Assembly: GCF_004010195.1 (NCBI RefSeq)
Contig: NC_057718.1
Coordinates: 58,433,704 to 58,481,148 of the forward strand
Source: Chiloscyllium plagiosum
Taxonomy: Eukaryota
Length of the DNA: 47,445 nucleotides
Direction: 5' to 3'
The translations under genes and the position numbers were made by a program. Numbering within the stretch: position 1 is the stretch's first letter; every line of letters begins with the position of its first letter. The notes beneath the pieces were generated by a model, which worked only from the letters and a program-made list of their open reading frames with translations, ran no database searches and had not been told where the DNA came from. Shown here in pieces: positions 35,600 to 47,445 of the stretch.

Positions 35600-37289
35600 A
35601 GTATCTGTTGTATCAATGATACTGCAGGATTGCGAGTAGTTCGAAGATGTTTCACAGGCAAATTCCACGTAGCTTGACTGTCATATTGCAGCATTCCCAA
35701 ATGGGATTTTTTAAAACCAGCTGTACTTGTAAATTCCAGCAACACTTTAGCTTTAAAGCTAAAAATGAACATAAAACAAACATGATCTAATTGCACACAG
35801 AATGTTTCATAATCCGACACTGCAATCTCCTAGCACTAAGATAACTCAAATTGAGCTGGTTTACATTAAATTAACAGACTTGTATCATTGTGGCATTCTT
35901 GCACTGACATTTTGAGAAGGAACTAATTAGATTGCAATTTATGAAGGTCACATATTGCTTGGTACTTACCTGGAATTAAATAGCAAGCGAAGATAAGCAA
36001 TGTTTTTTTTGGTAGAGAGCTATATGCTAAGTCATTAAGTTTGTACTTCCCATATTCTTGGGGAAAATTACTTCTTGAAAGAAAAATGAAAGCAATCTTA
36101 TGACACATGAAATAATAATTGTTGGACAAATGTTCTTTTTAATTCAAATATAATGTTGGGGTCATTCGGTTTAACAATAGTGGATAAAGAGTAATTGTCA
36201 AAATTGCACTAAACTATTTATAAGGATTAAGATCCTTTCACCCATCCTCAGTGAACATGTGTCCATCTTCTAATTCAATAATAAACTAGCAGTATAACAA
36301 TACTCTGATGAAGGATGAACTGAAATAATTGAAATTAGAAAACTGTCTTGGAGACAGATATCTAACTGGCCAGCATTAAAATTCTCTGAAATAAGTTTGG
36401 ACTAACAGTGCCCAATGTTTGGGTGGTGCAGGTGCCAGTGGGAAAACTAAACAGCATTTGATGTCGATGGACATCTTTCTGCTATGAATTATACTAATCG
36501 CTATGTTGTTCATATGGTTGTGGATACAGGTAACATTTACTGAAGGAATGCAGCCTGTTGTACAAGGAAGAGGATATGAAAGGGTTAACTTGGGCTAAAC
36601 TGAAGCTCTGCCCTTTCTGATATTTAGTACAGTCATGTGGTGCAGCACCAGACAGTTTGGGCAGACAACGGTTGGCCTGTTCATGGAGACTCATGTGCCT
36701 TACCATCTCTTGTTAATAACAGTTAATTTTCCCAGGGTTAGTATAACCTGGATATAGTTTCTGTATTACAATAACCTTATCTTATTATCAGGACAAGTGC
36801 CTCATCTTTTTGAGGTTTGTCCTTCACCACAAAGCACTACAAAGCCCCTCTTTCCAATATCAGAGGCAGATTGGTGGCAACATTTCTCCTCAGATAACCA
36901 GGCTGCGTTATCCCTGTTTTAACACAAATTGTGAGATGGCAATCAGTATCAGGTCAATGTCTTGGGTTGCCATTTTGGAACTTAGTGTTTTAGATGAGCA
37001 TTTACTTAACCTTACAAAGCTGAACATATGTTCAGCAGCAGGAGGGTTTCCTGCCAACCCCACCAGAACTAAAGTGATCATCAATTTGCTGATTTGATTA
37101 TTTTTTCCTAGTTTTGCTGCATTCCGCAATAGTTCAATGCTTTCCATAACTCTTTCAAGTTGTCCATTCTAGAGGGAGTGGCATGGAGGTTGCTGAAGGA
37201 CATTTTGCTGACTTCAAGGCTCTACACAAACCAGTTTCTCCCAGATATAGGCATAGCAATAAACATTCCCTTTGAAATACAGCATGACT

Positions 37290-38045
37290 AGGAAAATAAG
37301 CAGAGGACACACAGAGCAGGAGAAGTTGTTGGAAGATAGGGTGCAGGAAAGAGGAGCTTTCAACAGGAAACCATATGCAGCTACCTGAATATCAGTGAGA
37401 AATAATGGATGCAGTATCTAAACTTCATTAAATATACTCTCACAGATACCAATCACTCCCTTTAGTTACAACTGCAGCTTCAGGTAATGTTAAGTTACCT
37501 CTGGCTGTGGCACGAACCTGGCTGCTTCCAGACTGGTGCTGGAAATATTTACAACAAATGCAGTTTTGCAGACGTTGTTGTATAGGTAGGTCACTGAGGT
37601 TCTATACAGAAACAAAAGGGACATTTTTTTTCATACAGAGTGTGGTTCGTATGTGAATGAATTTCCCTGAGAAAGTGGTGGATGTGGGCAAAGTTACATT
37701 TAAAAGATACTTAGACCACCAGGAATGGTTTGGAGGGAGTAGAATGTGAGATTAGTTTCTTTTGGGATTATGCTTAGCATGGACTAGTTGGACCAAAGGG
37801 TCTTTTTGCATGCTATATGTCTCTATGACACCCAAGTTAACTCCATTTCATCCCCTCCTGCCAGATCCCAATGGCTGGAATGAGCATGTGGCACTGTTAG
37901 GATGGCAGACTTCCCCACACTGCAAGGTGGCATTGACTACATGCACGTTATTTTATGAACATCTGATGCCAACTCTGTCAAATATAATCCTCTTAATAAC
38001 TGGACATCTCTGCAAGAGTTCCTCAGAGTTGTATTTTAGAACCAG
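37290..38045 (+). pseudogene. HARBI1-like PIF/Harbinger transposase remnant (interrupted)
   Basis: SYLNISEK, GCFQTGAGNI (GSFQ motif), and after the CR1 insertion MADFPTLQGGIDYMHV (GFP..xGAIDCTHV catalytic-Asp motif). Confidence 0.7.
37617..37827 (+). mobile_element. CR1 3' stub inside the Harbinger transposase
   Basis: Ends TTGGACCAAAGGGTCTTTTTGCATGCTATATGTCTCTATGA. Confidence 0.75.
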
Positions 38046-38387
38046 TCAGCTTCAATTGCTTCATTAATGACCTTCCCTCCATCATAAGAAGTAGGGACAG
38101 TTTGCTGATTATTGCACAATGTTCAGCTCCATTCACTACTCCTCATACACTTCAGCAGTCCATTTCCATCTGTAGCAAGCACTAGACAATATCCAGGCTT
38201 GGACTAATAGGGATTAGGTAACCTTGCTTGGCAATTGTCTGACATAAATGACCATCTCTAACAAGAGAGAATTTAACCATCTCCCCTTACAAATCAGTGG
38301 TATTACCATTGCTGAATCCTTCAGTATCATTATCGTGATAGGGTTACCATTGACCAGAAACTGAATTGAACTAACTACATAAATACT
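38045..38387 (+). mobile_element. RT fragment of the second CR1/L2-group LINE family
   Basis: FNCFINDLPSII, FADYCTMFS; reverse complement of ~19925-20250. Confidence 0.75.
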
Positions 38388-38665
38388 CTAAGTTTGTACA
38401 AAGATTTGTAGCTCGGGTGCTCGTTGTTGTGGTTCTGTTCGCCGAGCTGGAAGTTTTTGTTGCAAACGTTTCGTCCCCTGGCTAGGCGACATCATCAGTG
38501 CTGGGTACAATTCATGTTGCTTTTTGTCTGCGTGTGTGGCTACTAAGGATAGCTGTTCGTGTCGTTTCGTGGCTAGTTGATGTTCATGTATGCGGATTGT
38601 TAGCTGTCTTCCTGTTTGTCCTATATAGTGTTTAGTGCAGTCCTTGCATGGTATTTTGTACACTA
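38388..38665 (-). mobile_element. Penelope-like fragment (GIY-YIG endonuclease plus pLTR, internally deleted)
   Basis: VYKIPCKDCTKHYIGQTGRQLTIRIHEHQLATKRH; hammerhead at 38461-38501 (GCA-CUGAUGA-U-GUC...GAC-GAAAC-GUU-UGC). Confidence 0.9.
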
Positions 38666-39524
38666 ATGCATTCCATGTACCTTTGCACCATATCAGCAGT
38701 GTGTGCTGTCTACAAATGTCAGACTGCACACAAACATCAACTAATTCCCTTTTTTCTTCCTTCCTTTACTCCTTCACTTCTTCTAATGTTCCTATACTGG
38801 CTGCAGCATGGATGGTGAAAAGCTTTCAGTGAGGGAGAGACTGAGATGGCCTTGGAGGGCAACCTCCAGTTGCACTGGGCCTATAAGACCTGGCTCAACC
38901 TGCAGTATCTCAGCAGGGTGGTATGATTTTGGGCTGGGTTGGCTGACTGGGAACAGCCAGAGTATTGCCAAAATGCAGCCTCAGAGTATAAACTGATCCT
39001 GAGAGAACGCAGCAGATTCATGCTCCATGGAGCCACTATCACAGTGATGGCTCAGTAATCTTCCAAATCTGTTGTAGGATAGATTGGGGACTACTGCTGC
39101 ACCGTACAGGGCCCTTTGAACATTGTTATTCACAGCCATACTCACCCTATTCTGAGACATTAGGCGTTCTTACCGTTGGCAAAGTCTTCACAGCTGTCAA
39201 CATCTTATGATATCAGTTATGATTTGCAGTGTCCTGAGTAGATTCACCACCACGAATTGTTTTTTGCTGGTATTCGTCTATGCCACTAATACTAAGTGTA
39301 GAAGATTGTTTACAAAGTTTTAGGCAGAACACTGGCTCGATCTTAAGGCACAATGTACAATGCTGGTTAGCTTTTCCCAGGAACAGTCATTTATTTCCGG
39401 ATGGGTGGAGCTAATTTTGTACTAACTGTATTAGACAATAGGTGCCCACTGCTTATGCTGTGGTTGCAATTGTGGCCATCAGATGCTGTCTAAAATTTGG
39501 ATTGTTTTGTGTGTTAACACTTCC

Positions 39525-39795
39525 ATTCTGGCCTTGACCACTGATCCCTTGCCCAATAAAGAAACTATGTATATCTGTCTTAAATACAGACAAACACATT
39601 TCACAATCCACCGCTCTCTGCCTGAAGAAATTCCTCCTCATCTCAGTTTGAAGGAGTCATCGCTTCACTCTAAGGCTGAGCCCTTGGATCGTAGTCTCTC
39701 CGAGCAGTGCAAACATCATTTCCATGTCCAATCTATCCAGACCTCTCAATATTCTGTAAGCTTCAATGAAATCACTTCTCAGTCTCCAAAACTCA
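39525..39795 (-). mobile_element. CR1 3' fragment
   Basis: RLRSDFIEAYRILRGLDR, MRRNFF. Confidence 0.8.
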
Positions 39796-39817
39796 AGAAC
39801 AGGGACAGAGTTCTCAC

Positions 39818-42800
39818 ACTCCACACTGAGCTTCCTGCTCACTCCACACTGAGCTCCCTGACCCACTCCACACTGAGCTCCCTGCCCTACTCCACACTGA
39901 GCTCCCTGTCCCAATCCACATTGAGCTCCCTGCCCTACTCCAGACTGAGCTCCCTGCTCCACTCGACACTGAGCTCCCTGCTCCACTCCACACTTAGCTC
40001 CCTGACCCACACCACACTAAGCTCCCTGCACTACTCCACACTGAGCTCCCTGCCACACTCCACACTGAGCTCCCTGCCCCACTCCACAATGAGCACCCTT
40101 CTCCACTCCACACTGAGCTCCCTGCCCAACTCCACACTGAACTCCATGCCCCACTCCACGCTGAGCTCCCTGCCACACTCCACACTGAGCTCCCAGCCCC
40201 ACTCCACACTGAGCTCCCTGCCCAACTCCACACTGAACTCCCTGCCCTACTCCACACTGAGCTCTCTGCCCCAATCTGTACTGTGCTCTCTGCCCCAATC
40301 CACACGGAGCTCCCTGCCCTACTCCACACTGAGCTCCCTTTCCAAATCCAGACTGAGCTCACTGCCCTACTAAACACTGAGCTCCCTGCCCCACCTCGCA
40401 CTGAGCTTCCTGTCCTACTCCACACTGAGCTCCCTGCCCCACTCCACACTGAGATCACTGTCCCACTCCACACTTAGCTCCCTGCCCCCCTCCACACAGA
40501 GCTCCCTGCCCTGCACCACATAGAGTTCACTGTCCCACCCCACACTGAGCTCCCTGCTCCACGCAACACACTGCTCACTGCCCTACTCCACACTGAGTTC
40601 CCTGCCCCAATCCACACCGAGCTCCCTGTCCCACTCCACACTGTGCTCCCTGCCCTACTCCACACTGAGCTCCCTGCCCTATTGCACACTGAGCTCCCTG
40701 CCCCACTCCACACCGAGCTCCCTGTCCCACTCCACACTGTGCACCCTGCCCTACTCCACACTGATCTCCCTGCCCTACTCCACACTGAGCTCCCTGCCCT
40801 ATATCACATAGAGTTACCTGTCCCACTCCACACTGAGTTCCCTGACCAACTTCACGCTGAACTCCCTGCCACACTCTGCACTGAGCTCCCTGCCCTACTC
40901 CACACTGAGCTCCCTGCCCTACTCCACACTGAGATGACTGTCCCACTCCACACTTAGCTCCCTGCCCCACTCCACATTGAGCTCCCTGCCCTACACCACA
41001 TAGAGTTCACTGTCCCACCCCATACTGAGCTCCCTGACCCACGCAACACACTGATCCCTGCCCTATTCCACACTGAGTTCCCTGCCCCAATCCACACTGA
41101 GGTCCCTGCCCCACTCCACACCGAGCTCCCTGTCCCACTCCACACTGAGGTCCCTGCCCCACTCCACACCGAGCTCCCTGCCCCACTCCACACCGAGCTC
41201 CCTGTCCCACTCCACACTGAGGTCCCTGCCCCACTCCACACTGAGCTCCCTGCCCTACTCCACACTGAGCTCCCTGCCTGACTCCACACTGACCTTCCTG
41301 CCCCACTTCACACTCAGCTCCTTGCCCCACTCTACACTGAGTTCCCTGCCCCACTCCACACTGAGTTATCTGCCCCAATCTACACTGAGCTCCCTATCCT
41401 AATCCACACAGTCCCCGCTGCCCCACTCCACATTGAGCTCCCTGCCCCACTCCACACTGTGCTCTGTGCCCCACTCCACACTGTGTTCCCTGCCCCAATC
41501 CACACTGAGCTCCCTGCCCCACTCCACACTGAGCTCCGTGCTCAACTCCACACTGAGCTCCATGCTCAACCTCACACTGAGCTCGCTGCCTGACTCCACA
41601 CTGAGCTCCCTGACGCACACCACACTGCGTTCCCTGCCCCACTCCACACTGAATTACCTGCCCTACTCCACACTGACCTCCCTGCCCTACTCCACACTGA
41701 CCTCCCTGCCCAACTCCACACTGAGCTCCCTGCCCCAATCCACACTGGGCTCCCTGTCCTATTACACACTGAGCTCCTGTCCCACGCCACACTGAGCTGC
41801 CTGCGCTACTCTGCACTGAGCTCCCTGCCCCACTCCATAACGAGCTCCCTGTCACACTCCACACTGAGCTTCCTGCCCCACTCTGCACTGAGCTCCCTGC
41901 CCGACTCCACACAAAGCTCCTTGCCCTACTCCACATTCAGCTCCCAGCCCCATTCCACACTGAGGTCCCTGTCCCACTCCACACTGAGCTCCCTGCCCCA
42001 CTCCACACTGAGCTCTCTGCCCCAATCTGCACTGTGCTCTCTGCCCCAATCCACACGGAGCTCCCTGCCCTACACCACACTGAGCTCCCTTTCCAAATCC
42101 ACACTGAGCTCACTGCCCTACTAAACACTGAGCTCCCTGCCCCACCTTGCACTGAGCTTCTTGTCCTACTCCACATTGAGCTCCCTGACCCACTCCACAC
42201 TGAGCTCCCTGCCACGCACCACACTGAGCTCCCTGTCCTACTACACACTGAGCCCCCTGCCCAACTCCACACTGAGCTCCATGCCCCACTCCACACTGAG
42301 CTCCCTTTCCAAATCCACACAGAGCTCCCTGCCCCACCTCGCACTGAGCTCCCTGTCCTACTACACACTGAGCTCCCTGACCCACTCCACACTGAGCTCC
42401 CTGCCACGCTCCACACTGAGCTCCCTGTCCTACTCCACACTGAGCTCCCTGCCCCACTCCACACTGAGCTCCATGCCCCAATCCACACTGAGCTCACTGC
42501 CCTACTTCACACACTGCTCCCTGCCCCACTCCACACTGAGCTCCTTGCCCTACTCCGCACTGAGCTCCCTGACCCACTCCACACTGAGCTCACTGCCATA
42601 CTTCACACTGAGCTCTCTGCCCACTCCACACTGAGCTCTCTGCCCCACTCCACACTGAGGTCCCTGCCCCACTCCACACTGAGCTCCCTGACCAACTTCA
42701 CACTGAGCACCGTGTCACACTCCACACTGAGCACACTGCTCCACTCCACATTGACCTCCCTGCCCCACTCCACACTGAGCTCTCTGTCGTACTCCACGCT

Positions 42801-45800
42801 GAGCTCCCTGCCCCACTTTACACTGAGCTCCCTGACCCACTTCACACTGAGCACCGTGTCGCACTCCATACTGAGCTCCCTGACGCACTTCACACTGAGC
42901 TCCGTGCTCAACTCCACACTGAGCACCGTGTCGCACTCCACACTGAGCACACTGCTCCACTCCACATTGACCTCCCTGCCCCACTCCACACTGAGCTCCC
43001 TTTCCTACTCCACACTGAGCTCCCTGCCCCACTCCACACTGAGCTCCCTGCCATATTCCACACTGAGCTCCCTGCCCCACTCCACACTGAGTTACCTGCC
43101 CCAATCCACACTGAGCTCCCTACCCCACTCCACACATTCCCTGCCCCAATTCACACTGAGGTCCCTCTCCCACTCACACTGAGCTCCCTGCCCACACTCC
43201 ACACTGAGCTCCCTTTCCCAATCCACACTGGGCTCCCTGCCCTATTACACACTGAGCTCCCTGTCCCACTCCACACTGAGCTGCCTGCCCTACTCTACAC
43301 TGAGCTGCCTGCCCCACTCCACACTGAGCTCCCTGNNNNNNNNNNNNNNNNNNNTCCTGCGCCACTCCATACAGGGTTCCCTGCCCCACTCCACATAGAG
43401 TTCCCTGCCCTTCTCCACACTGAGCTCCCTGCCCCACTCCACACTGAGCTCACTGCCATACTTCACACTGAGCTCTCCGCCCCACTCCACACTGAGCTCC
43501 CTACCCCACTCCACACTGAGCTCCCTGCCCCACTCCACACTGAGCTCCCTGCCCCACTCCACACTGAGCTCCCTGACCAACTTCACACTGAGCACCGTGT
43601 CGCAGTCCACACTGAGCACACTGCTCCACTCCACATTACCTCCCTGCCCCACTCCACACTGAGCTCCCTGTCCTACTCCACACTGAGCTCCCTGCCCTAT
43701 TCCACACTGAGCTCCCTGCCCTATTCCACACTGAGCTCCCTGCCTGACTCCACACTGAGTTACCAGCTCCAATCCACACTGAGCTCTCTACCCCACTCCA
43801 CACATTCCCTGCCCCAATTCTCACTGAGGTCTCTATCCCACTCACACTGAGCTCCTTGCCCTACTCGTCACTGAGCTCCCTGCCCGACTTCACACTGTGC
43901 TCCCTTCCCCACTCCACACTGAGCTCCCTGCCGCAGTCCACACTGAGCTTCCTGCGCCACTCCACACAGGGCTCCCTGCCCCACTCCACATAGAGTTCCC
44001 TGCCCTACTCCACACTGAGCTCCCTGCCCCACTACACACTGAGTTACCTGCNNNNNNNNNNNNNNNNNNNNNNNNNNNNNNNNNNNNNNNNNNNNNNNNN
44101 NNNNNNNNNNNNNNNNNACACTGAGTTACCTGCCCCAATCTACACTGAGCTCCCTATCCTAATCCACACAGTCCCCTGCCCCACTCCACATTGAGCTCCC
44201 TGCTCCACTCCACACTGTGCTCCGTGCCCCACTCCACACTGTGTTCCATGCCCCAATCCACACTGAGCTCCCTGCCCTACTCCGCACTGAGATCCCTGTC
44301 CCATTCCACACTGAGCTCCATGCTCAACTCCACACGGAGCTCCCTGCCCCACTCCACACTGAGCTCCCTGACCCACTCCACACTGAGCTCCCTGCCCCAC
44401 TCCACTCTGAGCTCCCTGCCCCACTCCACACTGAGGTCCGTGCCCCACTCCACACTGAGCTCCCTGCCCTAGTCCACACTGAGCTCCCTGCCCCACTCCA
44501 CACTGAGCTCCCTGCCCCACTCCACACTGAGTTACCAGCCCCAATCCACACTGAGCTCTCTACCCCACTCCACACATTCTCTGCCCCAATTCACACTGAG
44601 GTCCCTCTCCCACTCACACTGAGCTCCCAGCCACACTCCACATTGCGCTCCCTGCCCCACTCCACACTGAGCTCCCTTCCCTACTCCATACTGAGCGCCC
44701 TGCCCTACTCCACACTGAGTTCCGTGCCCCAATCCACACTGGGCTCCCTGCCCTACGAAACACTGAGTTCCCTGCTCCACCTCGCACTGAGCTTCCTATC
44801 CGCCTCCACACTGACCTTCCTGCCCCACTCTGCACTGAGCTCCCTGCCCTACTCCACACTGAGATCCCTGCCCCACTCCACACTGAGCTCTCTGCCCCAC
44901 TCTACACTGAGTTCCCTGCCCCACTCCACACTGAGTTACCTGCCCCAATCTACACAGAGCTCCCTATCCTAATCCACACAGTCCCCTGCCCCACTCCACA
45001 TTGAGCTCCCTGCTCCACTCCACATTGTGCTCCCTGCACCACTCCACACTGTGTTCCATGCCCCAATCCACACTGAGCTCCCTGCCCGACTCCACACTGA
45101 ACTCCCTGCCCGACCTCACACTGAGCTCCCTGCCCATTCCACATTGAGCTCCCTGCTCCACTCCACACTGAGCTCCCTGCCCTACTTCACATGGAGCTCC
45201 CTGCCTCACTCCGCACTGAGCTCCCTGCCCTACTCCACACTGAGCTCCCTGACCCACGTCACACTGAGCACCGTGTCCCACTCCACACTGAGCTCCCTGC
45301 CCCACTCCACACTGAGCTCCCTGCCCCACTCCACACTGATCTCCCTGCCCCACTCCACACTGAGTTACCAGCCCCAATCCACACTGAGCTCTCTACCCCA
45401 CTCCACACATTCCCTGCCCCAATTCACACTGAGGTCCCTCTCCCATTCACACTGAGCTCCCTGCCCTACTGCACACTGAGCTCCCTGCCCTACTCCGCAC
45501 TGAGCTCCCTGCCCTACTCCACACTGAGCTCCCTGACCCACGTCACACTGAGCACCGTGTCCCACTCCACACTGAGCTCCCAGCCACACTCCACATTGAG
45601 CTCCCTGCCCCACTCCACACTGAGCTCCCTCCCTACTCCACACTGAGCGCCCTGCCCAACTCCACACTGAGTTCCGTGCCCCAATCCACACTGGGCTCCA
45701 TGCCCTACAAAACACTGAGTTCCCTGCTCCACCTCGCACTGAGCTTCCTGTCCACCTCCACACTGACCTTCCTGCCCCACTCTGCACTGAGCTCCCTGAC

Positions 45801-47445
45801 CCACTCCGCACTGAGCTCCCTGCTCTGCTCCACACGGAGCTCCCTGACCCACGTCACACTGAGCACCGTGTCCCACTCCACACTGAGCTACCTGCCACAC
45901 TCCACACTGAGCTCCCTGCCCTACTTCACACTGAGCTCCATGCCCCACTCCACACTGAGCTCCCTGCCCCACTCCACACTGAGTTACCAGCGCCAATAGA
46001 CACTGAACTCTCTACCCCACTCCACACATTCCCTGCCCCAATTCACACTGAGGTCCCTCTCCCACTCACACTGAGCTCCCTGCCCACACTCCACACTGAG
46101 CTCCCTTTCCCAATCCACACTGGGCTCCCTGCCCTATTACACACTGAGCTCCCTGTCCCACTCCACACTGAGCTGCCTGCCCTACTCTACACTGAGCTGC
46201 CTGCCCCACTCCACACTGAGCTCCCTGTCCCACTCCACACTGAGCTGCCTGCCCTACTCTACACTGAGCTCCCTGCCCCACTCCACACTGAGCTCCTTGT
46301 CACACTCCACACTGAGCTCACTGCCCCACTCCACATTGAGCTGCCTGCCCTACTCCACACTGAGCTCCCAGCCCTACTCCACACTGAGCTCCCTGCCCCA
46401 ATCTGCACTGAGCTCTCTGCCCCAATCCACACGGAGCTCCCTGCCCTACTCCACACTGAGCTCCCTGCCCCAATCTGCACTGAGCTCTCTGCCCCAATCC
46501 ACACGGAGCTCCCTGCCCTACTCCACACTGAGCTCCCTTTCCAAATCCACACTGAGCTCTCTGCCCTACTCCAGACTGAGCTCCCTGCTCCACTACACAC
46601 TGAGCTCCCTGCCCCACTCCACACTGAGCTCTCTGTCCCACTCCACACTGAGTTCCGTGCCCCACTCCACACTGCGCTCCCTGTGCTACTCCACGCAGTG
46701 CTCCCTGCCCAACTCCACACTGAGTTCCGTGCCCCAATCCACACTGAGCTCCCTGCCCTACTAAACACTGAGTTCCCTGCCCCACCTCGCACTGAGCTTC
46801 CTGTCTTACTCCACACCGATCTCCCAGACCCACTCCACACTGAGCTCCCTGCCCCGCTCCAGACTGAGCACCCTGCCCCATTCCACACTGCATTCCCTGC
46901 CCTACTCCACACTGAGCGCCCTGCGCAACACCACACTGAGTTCCGTGCCCCAGTACACACTGTGCTCCCTGCCCTACCCCACACTGTGCTCCCTGCCCTA
47001 CTCCACACTGAGCTCCCTGCCCCACTCCACATTTAGCTCCCTGCCCCAATCTGCACTCAGCTGCTTGCCCCACTCCACACTGAGCTCCCTGCCACACTCT
47101 GCACTGCGCTCCCTGCCCCACCTTGCACTGAGCTCCCTGCCCCACTCCCCAATGAGCTCCCTGCCCTACTCCACACTGTGCTCCCTGCCCTACTCCACAC
47201 TGAGCTCCCTGCCCCACTCCACATTTAGCTCCCTGCCCCACTCCACACTGAGCTCCCTGCCACACTCTGCACTGCGCTCCCTGCCCCACTCCACACTGAG
47301 CTCCCTGCCCCGCTCCACACTGAGCTCCCTGCCCCACTCCACACTGAGCTCCCTGCCCCGCTCCACACTGAGCTCCCTGCCCCACTCCACACTGAGCTCC
47401 CTGCCCCGCTCCACACTGAGCTCCCTGCCCCACTCCACACTGAGC
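39818..47445. repeat. 24-bp minisatellite, consensus ACTCCACACTGAGCTCCCTGCCCC, roughly 315-320 units, continuing past the window end
   Basis: Direct reading; 8-residue periodicity in all ORFs of this region; unit count estimated as length/24. Confidence 0.98.

Noticed and set aside
34666..35619. Long ORFs of up to 317 aa
   Set aside because: Artefacts of translating through the N gap.
39818..47445. CRISPR array or real repetitive protein gene
   Set aside because: Units are contiguous with no unique spacers, there are no cas genes, the context is eukaryotic, and frameshifting indels are frequent.

Overview
Vertebrate DNA made almost entirely of transposable-element remnants, very probably from a cartilaginous fish (shark), judged from HE1-type V-SINEs and abundant CR1/HER1-type LINEs. 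No intact protein-coding gene is recognisable. 1-6519 is a decayed LTR retrotransposon with Gypsy-type sequence but gag-PR-IN-RT-RH order (Gmr1-like); a related solo LTR lies at 11744-12465. 6.5-39.8 kb is a nested mosaic of CR1-group LINEs, a Tx1/L1-like LINE, Tigger/pogo-type MITEs, PIF/Harbinger remnants (Myb-like partner and HARBI1-like transposase), SINEs and Penelope-like elements. The Penelope-like elements carry about ten minimal hammerhead-ribozyme motifs, several in inverted arrangements. From ~39.8 kb to the window end is a >7.6 kb 24-bp GC-skewed minisatellite with higher-order structure, which explains all the long ORFs there. Family assignments come from motif recognition by eye; most boundaries are approximate unless a TSD or TIR is cited.
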